DNA of 64,000 nt, from assembly GCA_040758495.1 (NCBI GenBank), contig JBFLVL010000014.1, forward strand, positions 17,161-81,160, read 5' to 3'. The stretch is from Chloroflexota bacterium (lineage in GTDB: Bacteria > Chloroflexota > Anaerolineae > Anaerolineales > JBFLVL01). The notes beneath the pieces were generated by a model. The model searched no databases, had not been told where the DNA came from, and worked only from the letters and a program-made list of their open reading frames with translations. The first letter of the stretch is position 1. Every line of letters starts with the position of its first letter. Shown here one piece after another: positions 54,727-61,953 of this stretch. A program made the position numbers and the translations under genes.

Positions 54727-56313
54727 ATGGTAGATGATAAAGAGTTACTAACAATACAAGAAGCCAGCGAATGGGCAAGTAATTATTTGGGCAGGGATGT
54801 ATCAACCTCCAATATTTCTTATTTGGTTCAGTATGGGCGCGTAAAAAGATACAGTAACCATGGTTTGACTCAAGTTGCTAAACAAGATTTGGTTCGGTAT
54901 TACAAATCGCATATTGGCGAGAGAGAACTAGAATGGAAAAATGAACTTGGTGAAGATCTGAATTGGGCTTTATCGTTTGATAATCTAGCAGAAAAAGAAA
55001 GAACGAAACACGTTCACCGATTGCACCCATATAAAGGCAAATTCATTCCCCAATTGGTCGAGTATTTTCTGGATAAGCACACCGATGAATTTAAAAATGA
55101 GATCTTTTTCAAACCAGGCGATATTGTACTTGACCCATTTTGTGGAAGTGGGACAACATTAGTGCAAGCAAATGAGCTTGGCATTCACGCAATTGGAGTG
55201 GATATCTCAGCATTTAACGCCATGATTAGCAATGTGAAAGTTGGTAAACATAATCTATATAAACTACATGACGAGATACGCAGAATTACCATCGCGCTTA
55301 AAGAATCCGTTGCTGGTAAAAAGCATGTCGCTTTTGAAACTGAACTTGCCGAGTCACTTACACAGTTCAATAACTTACATTTTCCCACTCCTGAGTTCAA
55401 ATATCGAGTGAGGCGGGGAGAAATTGACCAGGTACAATATGGCAGAGAAAAAGAGAGTGAATTCCGGAAGGTTTTCGACACGCTTGTGTTGAAATACAAC
55501 TTTACGATTCGTCAAGAAAAGGGAGAATCCTTTCTCGACCAATGGTTTATCAAGCCCGTCCGTGAAGAGATAGAGTTTGTGTTTGAACATATTCAGGGGA
55601 TACAAGATATTGATATCAAGAAAATTTTAGCAGTCATTCTGAGCCGAACCATGCGTTCGTGTAGAGCAACAACCCATGCGGACCTTGCCACTTTAGTAGA
55701 TCCCATTTTTTCAACATATTATTGCAGAAAGCATGGGAAAATTTGCAAACCCCTCTTTTCAATCTTGAGCTGGTGGGAAAGATACAGCAAAGATACCTTG
55801 CAAAGGTTAGCGGAATTTCATCGCTGTAGAACTGCCACTTTTCAACATTGTTTTACTGGTGACTCAAGAACGATTGACATTTTTTCGGAGTTACAACATA
55901 AAGACAAGCCCTTTGCTGATTTTGCAGTAAGACACAAGATAAATGGCATATTTTCCAGTCCTCCGTATGTAGGTCTAATTGATTATCATGAACAACATGC
56001 TTACGCTTATGATCTCTTCAAGTTTGAACGCAGAGACGAGCTCGAAATTGGTCCGCTCTATAAAGGACAAGGCAGAGAAGCCCAAGAGTCATACGTGGAG
56101 GGAATTGCAGAAGTGCTGAGAAACAGCCGTAATTTCCTCGTTGATGACTACAACATATTTCTCGTCGCGAACGATAAATATGATTTATACCCACAAATTG
56201 CTGAAAAAGCTGGCATGGACATTATCAATGAATTCAAGCGACCAGTTTTATGCCGCACAGAAAAGAACAAGATGCCATATTCCGAAAAGATTTTCTTACT
56301 GAAAGGCAAATAA
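54727..56313 (+). CDS. DNA methyltransferase (N4-C/N6-A type) with N-terminal HTH
   Basis: Motif I VLDPFCGSGTT, motif IV SSPPY. AT-rich. Confidence 0.8.
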   Translation: MVDDKELLTIQEASEWASNYLGRDVSTSNISYLVQYGRVKRYSNHGLTQVAKQDLVRYYKSHIGERELEWKNELGEDLNWALSFDNLAEKERTKHVHRLHPYKGKFIPQLVEYFLDKHTDEFKNEIFFKPGDIVLDPFCGSGTTLVQANELGIHAIGVDISAFNAMISNVKVGKHNLYKLHDEIRRITIALKESVAGKKHVAFETELAESLTQFNNLHFPTPEFKYRVRRGEIDQVQYGREKESEFRKVFDTLVLKYNFTIRQEKGESFLDQWFIKPVREEIEFVFEHIQGIQDIDIKKILAVILSRTMRSCRATTHADLATLVDPIFSTYYCRKHGKICKPLFSILSWWERYSKDTLQRLAEFHRCRTATFQHCFTGDSRTIDIFSELQHKDKPFADFAVRHKINGIFSSPPYVGLIDYHEQHAYAYDLFKFERRDELEIGPLYKGQGREAQESYVEGIAEVLRNSRNFLVDDYNIFLVANDKYDLYPQIAEKAGMDIINEFKRPVLCRTEKNKMPYSEKIFLLKGK

Positions 56314-56314
56314 T

Positions 56315-57106
56315 ATGGGGATGACAGAAGAGAAAAAACAACGTGTAAAAGAAACCCTCAAACAAAGCTTACGTAAGAAGTTTCAAAAATATCAACCCGA
56401 ATCAAAACACATGCCGTTTCACTATCGCTTGTTGGGTAAGGACAGAATGGCTTTATTTTCGTTCATCCATTCTATAAATACAACTTTCGGAACATCTGTC
56501 TACGAACCCGTTGCCCTGGAATTAGCCAGAGGAAGATATGCGATCGTAAAAACACAAGCAAAGCCCCACAATGAGATTAGTGTTGTAGCACAACAGGTCA
56601 TACAAAATATTATTGATGAACTTATAAGTGCTACTCGCGAACCCAAGAGGGAAACAGAATTTAACGAAATAAAGCATGTTTGCAGAGTTGCCCCAATTAA
56701 AAAGATAAAACCAAATTTAATAGATGTTTGGCTTGAAGATACAGATGGAAACAAGTACTTGATAGATATGAAAACGGTTAAACCAAATGTGGAGGGTTTC
56801 ATCGGTCACAAACGCAAGCTTCTCGAATGGATTGCCCAGGAATTGGTCAGGAATCCAGATTCGAGAGTACACTCGATGATTGGCATTCCATATAATCCTT
56901 ATGAACCGAAACCTTATAATAGGTGGACAATGAGGGGGATGTTTGACCTCACTAAAGAAGTATTGGTGGCAGATGAGTTGTGGGATTTTATTGGTGGTGA
57001 AGGAACAAATCAGGATTTGTTAGATTGCTTTGAAAAAGCCGGAATCGAGTTACGCCCAGAAATTGATGAACATTTCGCTAAGTTCGAAACAATCCATAAT
57101 ATTTGA
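56315..57106 (+). CDS. type II restriction endonuclease candidate (TdeIII-like by recollection)
   Basis: Starts 1 nt after the methylase stop. PD-(D/E)xK-like IDVWLED...YLIDMK. The N-terminal MPFHYRLLGKDR..SFIHS pattern resembles the RE_TdeIII family. Confidence 0.5.
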   Translation: MGMTEEKKQRVKETLKQSLRKKFQKYQPESKHMPFHYRLLGKDRMALFSFIHSINTTFGTSVYEPVALELARGRYAIVKTQAKPHNEISVVAQQVIQNIIDELISATREPKRETEFNEIKHVCRVAPIKKIKPNLIDVWLEDTDGNKYLIDMKTVKPNVEGFIGHKRKLLEWIAQELVRNPDSRVHSMIGIPYNPYEPKPYNRWTMRGMFDLTKEVLVADELWDFIGGEGTNQDLLDCFEKAGIELRPEIDEHFAKFETIHNI

Positions 57107-57146
57107 AAGTAAACTTTGTACTCACACTTCCCCACTCACCCCTGCA

Positions 57147-57284
57147 GAGCAACAGTTGCCAAGGAGGTGACCTACGGGGAAGCTCCTCTGCGTTCAGCGA
57201 TAATCACCGCGAAAAATCACGATTGGTTATGAGCAAAGTCGTACCAGGGTCAAACCCGGCCCGCCGGTGAAACAAACGTTGGGC
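57147..57284 (+). repeat. attC-like site 6 (degenerate arms)
   Basis: GAGCAAC...GTTGGGC. Carries the central module CCTACGGGGAAGCTCCTCTGCGTTCAGCGATAA shared with sites 7-9. Confidence 0.5.
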
Positions 57285-57361
57285 TGCAGTAAAATGTCTG
57301 GTGTAAGTTTATTGATAAATCCTTAATCATTCCATCTAGTGGACGAAGGAGAGAATCTCTT

Positions 57362-57916
57362 ATGAAAGCTACAGAAATTCTAATGGAAGAACACCGTGTG
57401 ATCGAACGAGTATTAGCTTCTATAGAAACAGCAGCGAGGCGCATTTCGGCAGGTCAAGAAGTTCCCAACGATTTCTTTCTCAGGACGGCTGATTTCATTA
57501 AAGGTTTTGCCGATGGTTGTCATCACAAAAAGGAAGAAGGTGTGCTTTTTGTGGCATTGGTGGAAAATGGTATGTCACCAGAGCAAGGACCAGTTGCTGT
57601 GATGTTAGCGGAACACGAAGAGGGGAGACGCCTAACGCGGGCAATGCAAGAAGGAGCTAAGCGCATGCAGGAAGGCGACCCTACTGCTATTGCACAGGTA
57701 TCTCAAAATGCGCTTGGTTATGTAACCCTGTTACGGCAACACATCCAGAAGGAAGATAACGTACTTTTTCCGATGGCCGACCAGATCATCCCTATTGAGC
57801 AACAAGACCAGTTAGCCGCAGCATTCGATCAGATTGAGCATGAGGAGACCGGCGAGGGTATTCACGAAAAGTATCTTGGGCTGGCCACAGAATTAGAGAA
57901 AGCGGTGGCAGCATAA
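57362..57916 (+). CDS. hemerythrin-domain protein
   Basis: MEEHRVIE, CHHKKEE, LAEHEEG and HIQKEDNVLFP (HHE cation-binding repeats). Confidence 0.8.
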   Translation: MKATEILMEEHRVIERVLASIETAARRISAGQEVPNDFFLRTADFIKGFADGCHHKKEEGVLFVALVENGMSPEQGPVAVMLAEHEEGRRLTRAMQEGAKRMQEGDPTAIAQVSQNALGYVTLLRQHIQKEDNVLFPMADQIIPIEQQDQLAAAFDQIEHEETGEGIHEKYLGLATELEKAVAA

Positions 57917-57943
57917 ACAAGCGGCAACACAAAACGCACGGCT

Positions 57944-58101
57944 GCCCAACACTGAGTGCACCGGAAGGGAGTAACGCCCCGAGGGTGCCCTACGGGGATG
58001 CTCCACTGCGTTACGCGATAAGCAGCGTGAATCGCCAATGTTGGCCTGGGTCGAGCGGCAGTCGGAGCCAAAACGCCCGGCTGCTGAGGTAACCGTTGGG
58101 C
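57944..58101 (+). repeat. attC-like site 7
   Basis: Perfect GCCCAAC...GTTGGGC boxes. The 5' arm GAGT[G]CACCGG[A]AGGG resembles site 4. About 120 bp is nearly identical to 58800-58918. Confidence 0.6.
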
Positions 58102-58114
58102 GGCTTAATACAAA

Positions 58115-58142
58115 TCACCCCTCGCACATCTGAGGGGTGATC
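58115..58142 (-). terminator. hairpin downstream of the inverted cassette genes
   Basis: TCACCCCTC-gcacatc-GAGGGGTGA, followed on the minus strand by a T-rich stretch. Confidence 0.45.
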
Positions 58143-58164
58143 GAGATAAAATGTAAAGTTGAAG

Positions 58165-58542
58165 CTATGCTGCTACAGGAATTGGTGGTTTCTCGATAAA
58201 AGTAATCGGCATTGTTTCGGCGAGATTCGGCGTATAAGCCAATACTTTCAATATTTGGTTCACTGGTGGATTTTTTATGATTTCAAGTACAGTTTCTTGC
58301 CATTCTGGTTCCAAGTCATTCAAACCGGTCAACGGAAAACTGCGAGGGCCTAAATTCGTTAGTTGAATCAGAACCGAAAAATCCATCAGTGTAAGACCAA
58401 TAGCGCGTTTTTCTGCTTTATTAAATCGCAGTAATATATTATCGTTTAGTTCGACGGCAGTGGTAGCTTTTTCACCGGGAGAGAATGAAATATATAAAAC
58501 GTCTACTTCTTTATCGTAAGAATAAACTGGTTCTTGGTTCAT
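58165..58542 (-). CDS. DUF2283-like protein (putative antitoxin-like partner)
   Basis: YDKEVDVLYISFSPGE...AIGLTLMDFS is the DUF2283 pattern. On the opposite strand to the array. Confidence 0.6.
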   Translation of the reverse strand: MNQEPVYSYDKEVDVLYISFSPGEKATTAVELNDNILLRFNKAEKRAIGLTLMDFSVLIQLTNLGPRSFPLTGLNDLEPEWQETVLEIIKNPPVNQILKVLAYTPNLAETMPITFIEKPPIPVAA

Positions 58543-58545
58543 TTC

Positions 58546-58773
58546 TTATCCTTTTAGCTGGATATGTTTGAAAAAGGCTGTAGCAACATAGTTATTGGGT
58601 ATAGTTCGCCCTTCTTCGTCAATATCGTAACCGAACAAGACAATTACAACAATGTGGTTCACGTCGTCTGGCAAATCATCAAAGGTATGATAATAACGAT
58701 ATTTTCGCGGGTTGAGAGGTTCTTGTCGTCTACGACCTTTTTCGTCGGGGTTTACCCCTGCGGGGCACCCCAC
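58546..58773 (-). CDS. small ORF upstream of the DUF2283 gene (start uncertain)
   Basis: Only a GTG at 58773 opens the frame, and it lies inside the attC-like repeat. 3 nt gap to the next gene. No motif. Confidence 0.3.
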   Translation of the reverse strand: MGCPAGVNPDEKGRRRQEPLNPRKYRYYHTFDDLPDDVNHIVVIVLFGYDIDEEGRTIPNNYVATAFFKHIQLKG

Positions 58774-58918
58774 TGCGTGGGACAGGCAGGTTGCCCTGTA
58801 GGTCCCCTACGGGGATGCTCCACTGCGTTCCGCGATAAGCGGAGCGAATTGCCAATGCTGGCCTGGGTCGAGCGGCAGTCGCAGCCAACCCGCCCGGCTG
58901 CTGAGGTAACCGTTGGGC
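58767..58918 (+). repeat. attC-like site 8 (5' box degenerate)
   Basis: The 3' two-thirds are nearly identical to site 7 and end in GTTGGGC (58912-18). The 5' box reads ACCCCAC. Confidence 0.45.
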
Positions 58919-59090
58919 GGCCCAAGCAATCAATCTTCTGTTACAATTGAAATTACGGGACGACCGTGCTGGCCTGCGGCGCAGGCTTCAAACCTGTGAT
59001 GCTACTTCGCCTGTAAAGCAAGTAGATGTGGGTTGGATTCCAAATCCCGTCTCTATATCTACCTACTTCAACACAGCAGGAAGGTGCGAT

Positions 59091-59447
59091 ATGTCCAACG
59101 AATCACCTCTCGCCAATGCAGTCATATTGATAACCAGAGAAGGAATGGGGTCTGCCGATGCGGCGCTACAGCACAAACTCCTTGATATCTACTTGAGGCT
59201 TCTGCTGGAGAGCGACTCATTGCCTGCCGCCATTTGTTTCTATACAGATGGGGTCAAGCTCGTGGTTGAAGGATCGCCGCTTCTGGAGCGACTCTCTCAA
59301 ATCGAGAAACGGGGTGTCCGTCTGATTGTCTGCTCGACGTGTCTCAACTACTTTGAGTTGACGGAAAGGGTATGGGTTGGTATTGTGGGAGGCATGCCAG
59401 ATATTATTGAAGCCCAGACCAGAGCTAGCAAAGTCATCACACTCTGA
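59091..59447 (+). CDS. DsrE/YedF-C-terminal-like sulfur/selenium relay domain protein
   Basis: VILITREGMG..., ICFYTDGVKLVVEGS and CSTCLNYFEL resemble the DsrE-like domain of YedF. AGGAAGG RBS. Confidence 0.65.
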   Translation: MSNESPLANAVILITREGMGSADAALQHKLLDIYLRLLLESDSLPAAICFYTDGVKLVVEGSPLLERLSQIEKRGVRLIVCSTCLNYFELTERVWVGIVGGMPDIIEAQTRASKVITL

Positions 59448-59507
59448 ATGAAAAGGTTATGCTGCGCGCCGATGGCAAATGCAGCCAGTCTGTAGAGAAC
59501 AGAGGCC

Positions 59508-59595
59508 GGCCAACCCACGCTGCGCCCGACCGGGCTGTCGCCCGAGGTCCCCTACGAGGATGCTCGACTGCGTTCCGCGATGCGCGGAGCGAAAA
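59508..59595 (+). repeat. truncated attC-like site 9 (5' arm + central module only)
   Basis: GGCCAAC CCACGCTGCGCCCGACCGGGC... resembles the site 1 arm, followed by CCCCTACGAGGATGCTCGACTGCGTTCCGCGAT. No 3' arm or GTTRRRY box. Confidence 0.4.
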
Positions 59596-59736
59596 ATGGC
59601 AAAAGGTGAAATATTTTGTCTTCGTGAGCATATAGGTATAATTGAAAAGTGGAGGTAGACGGCTCAATTTAAAGGGTTGTATAAACTAAGGGTTGGAGAT
59701 TATCGTGTCGTGTATACAGTCGAAAGTACCGAATAG
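59596..59736 (+). pseudogene. RelE/ParE-like toxin remnant
   Basis: 59659-59733 reads TAQFKGLYKLRVGDYRVVYTVESTE* (the RelE/ParE core is ..yklRvGdYRviY). The upstream part is only readable in other frames. Confidence 0.45.
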
Positions 59737-59847
59737 AAGTTTTTGGATTCGCACAGGCCGCGGTGGTGGGTGGACGCGGCTAAACCTAGCTGTTAGCCGG
59801 CTCGTCTGCTATCAAAGCCTTGTACGTCAAATAGTGGAAGACACCAC

Positions 59848-60543
59848 ATGCGTTACCACGTAGCAATTGAAGACATCGAACCCAACCACTGGGTAGCGTG
59901 GATACTTGACCTTCCCGCTTGCTTTAGTTCGGCACAGACGCAAGCCGACGCTGTCGCTTTGGTACCTGAGCATATATCGGCGTACTATTCATGGCTCTTA
60001 GGTCACGATAGCTCATTGCCAGTTGTCACCGAAGCAATTCAGGTGGAAGTGGAAATCATTGAGACCTTTCACTCGTTCCCGAGCATCCAAGACCCAGAGT
60101 ATGTCGTCAATGCTTTCTTTGAAGACGACCGCCGCGTGCCAAATTACTGGGATGTTGAACTGGCACTTCGGCTGTTACAGTGGACGCGCCAAGATCTACT
60201 GGCAGTCCTACAGTCCGTCACACAAGAGCAATTAAGTGAGCCAATTCCTGGCCAAGTGAGCCGCTCAATTGCTGGAATTATCAAACATATCGCAGGGGCA
60301 GAAAACTGGTACCTCGACCAATTGGATTTGGCACTTGACCAAGCACAACTACCTGACGACCCACTTGATATGCTCAAAGCCGTGCGCGCAAACATGCGGG
60401 CACAACTCGTGAAATTGATTGGTAATGGGCGTATAACCCAAAATTGTGGCGAGTTCTGGTCAGCACGCAAAGTAATTCGACGCACACTCTGGCACGAACG
60501 TGATCACACGCAGCACATAGCTCACCTGCTCGCATACTTGTGA
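59848..60543 (+). CDS. HicB-like N-terminal domain fused to a DinB-family domain
   Basis: MRYHVAIEDIEPNHWVAWILDLPACFS is UPF0150/HicB-like. The C-terminus IKHIAGAENWY...WHERDHTQHIAHL is a DinB_2-like His triad. Confidence 0.6.
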   Translation: MRYHVAIEDIEPNHWVAWILDLPACFSSAQTQADAVALVPEHISAYYSWLLGHDSSLPVVTEAIQVEVEIIETFHSFPSIQDPEYVVNAFFEDDRRVPNYWDVELALRLLQWTRQDLLAVLQSVTQEQLSEPIPGQVSRSIAGIIKHIAGAENWYLDQLDLALDQAQLPDDPLDMLKAVRANMRAQLVKLIGNGRITQNCGEFWSARKVIRRTLWHERDHTQHIAHLLAYL

Positions 60544-60576
60544 ACAACCGACGGACACAGACTGAGGATTCGCGTT

Positions 60577-60610
60577 TGCCAACACGCCATGCGGACCGTA
60601 CCACGTAGGC
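60577..60610 (+). repeat. orphan attC-like 5' arm
   Basis: TGCCAAC ACGCCAT[G]CGGACC... has the same layout as the 5' arms of sites 3-5. No matching 3' arm downstream. Confidence 0.3.
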
Positions 60611-60668
60611 GACTTTACGGGGCAGGTTCGAGGGGTCAAAAAAGGTATCCTTTGACCAAGAGAAGTTC

Positions 60669-60806
60669 ATGATGCGGTTTACTCCACGCCGCAGGGGAAG
60701 TGCATGGTCAGAAGGGAACAAGCCCCTCGCTGAAAAGATGCTTTATGAAGGAAAAATGACCGAAGCAGGTATGACAGTATTGCCGGATGAGATACTTGGG
60801 GTATGA
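60669..60806 (+). pseudogene. YdeI/OmpD-associated-family gene fragment
   Basis: MMRFTPRRRGSAWSEGNKPLAEKMLYEGKMTEAGM resembles the ftpRr.gS.WS..N...v..L..eG.M..aG core. Only 45 codons. Confidence 0.35.
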
Positions 60807-60931
60807 AACGAACAGGGGAGCAGCACTCCGAGGGCACTTCGCCCAACAGCGGGTTCAACGAAAGGACCGCGTTTGACAATGAGTTGAAAATCGTCCATAA
60901 TAACAAAGCTGCTTAGAGAAAGGAGACAAAG

Positions 60932-61942
60932 ATGAAGACGTTATCTCGTGTGGTCATAATAATGATTACTCTATCCCTGGTGGCCTGCGGTAAAACCGTT
61001 CAACCAGTGACGGATACGCCACAACCACTAAAGTTGACAGACACGCCGCAACCCGTAGAGCCGACAGATACACCCCTGCCTACAGAGTCACCAACGCCCA
61101 CTACGATGCCCAGCCCCACATGGGTACCCGGACAGCGTATAGTGTTCGTGTCCAACCGTGGCGAGGACCCTCAAAAACGTGATCTCTTTATCCTGGACCT
61201 GGATACGATGGTCATCACCCCTCTTAACACCGGCTTCGACTCTGTCCTATTTCCAAAATGGTCGCCGGATGGGAGCAAAATCCTATTTACTGTCAAAGAT
61301 ATATGGAACATTTATACGATTGACGCCGATGGGACCAATCTGACTCAGATTACAAACTTCAGCAGCAACAACGCCGACTGGTCACCGGATGGGAGACACA
61401 TTGTCTTCCAGTCCGACCACCAGAACGAACCCAAGGACACACCTGACATCTACATGATTGACGCCAATGGCGAAAACCTGACGGAAATCCATGACGACCC
61501 AGCGGTGCTCGACTTCAGCCCGCGCTGGTCACCAGACGGGAACCAGATCATGTATATTTCTGGAAAAACCGGCAACTACGAAATCTTCCTGATGAACGCG
61601 GATGGCTCAAACCCCACTCAATTAACCACATCAACATCCCCGATCATCGGGGCAGCATGGTCGCCCAACGGCAAGCGTATCGTCTACACATTCCTTCAGA
61701 GCGCCAATAATACAGATTTATACACAATTGATGCAGATGGATCAAATGATAGCATCGTGCAGCTCACACGTGGCGCAGTCTATGAAGACGGGCCTGCCTG
61801 GTCATCAGACGGTGAAAAAATCGTATTCTTTTCCGATCGAAGCGGCAACTTAGATTTATGGATAATCAATGCCGATGGTACGAACCTGGTGCAATTGACC
61901 AACGATGCGTTCTATGACGCCTACCCGGATTGGTTGCCATAA
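60932..61942 (+). CDS. PD40/TolB-like beta-propeller lipoprotein
   Basis: Lipobox LSLVAC, a Pro/Thr linker with a TDTPQP repeat, and six or more WSPDG repeats. Confidence 0.7.
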   Translation: MKTLSRVVIIMITLSLVACGKTVQPVTDTPQPLKLTDTPQPVEPTDTPLPTESPTPTTMPSPTWVPGQRIVFVSNRGEDPQKRDLFILDLDTMVITPLNTGFDSVLFPKWSPDGSKILFTVKDIWNIYTIDADGTNLTQITNFSSNNADWSPDGRHIVFQSDHQNEPKDTPDIYMIDANGENLTEIHDDPAVLDFSPRWSPDGNQIMYISGKTGNYEIFLMNADGSNPTQLTTSTSPIIGAAWSPNGKRIVYTFLQSANNTDLYTIDADGSNDSIVQLTRGAVYEDGPAWSSDGEKIVFFSDRSGNLDLWIINADGTNLVQLTNDAFYDAYPDWLP

Positions 61943-61953
61943 GCTAAAGCAGA

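Larger units (their letters stand above)
42239..60889 (+). mobile_element. decayed chromosomal integron / attC cassette array without an intact integrase
   Basis: At least 8 co-oriented attC-like palindromes (RYYYAAC...GTTRRRY) separate unrelated, mostly + strand ORFs. A recombinase remnant lies at the left end. Composition is mosaic. Confidence 0.7.

Noticed and set aside
58546-58773. Treating the 75-aa ORF as a confident toxin gene.
   Set aside because: Its first ~10 codons are attC-repeat sequence and there is no internal start. It is reported only at low confidence.
59777-59800. Mini-palindrome GGCTAAAC-CTAG-CTGTTAGCC as a collapsed attC.
   Set aside because: It is too short and its boxes deviate from RYYYAAC/GTTRRRY. 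Mentioned only as a possibility within the eroded-end finding.
60841-60889. GCCCAAC...GTTGAAA pair as a terminal attC.
   Set aside because: At 49 bp it is shorter than known attC sites and arm complementarity is poor. It is kept only as the tentative right limit of the array.
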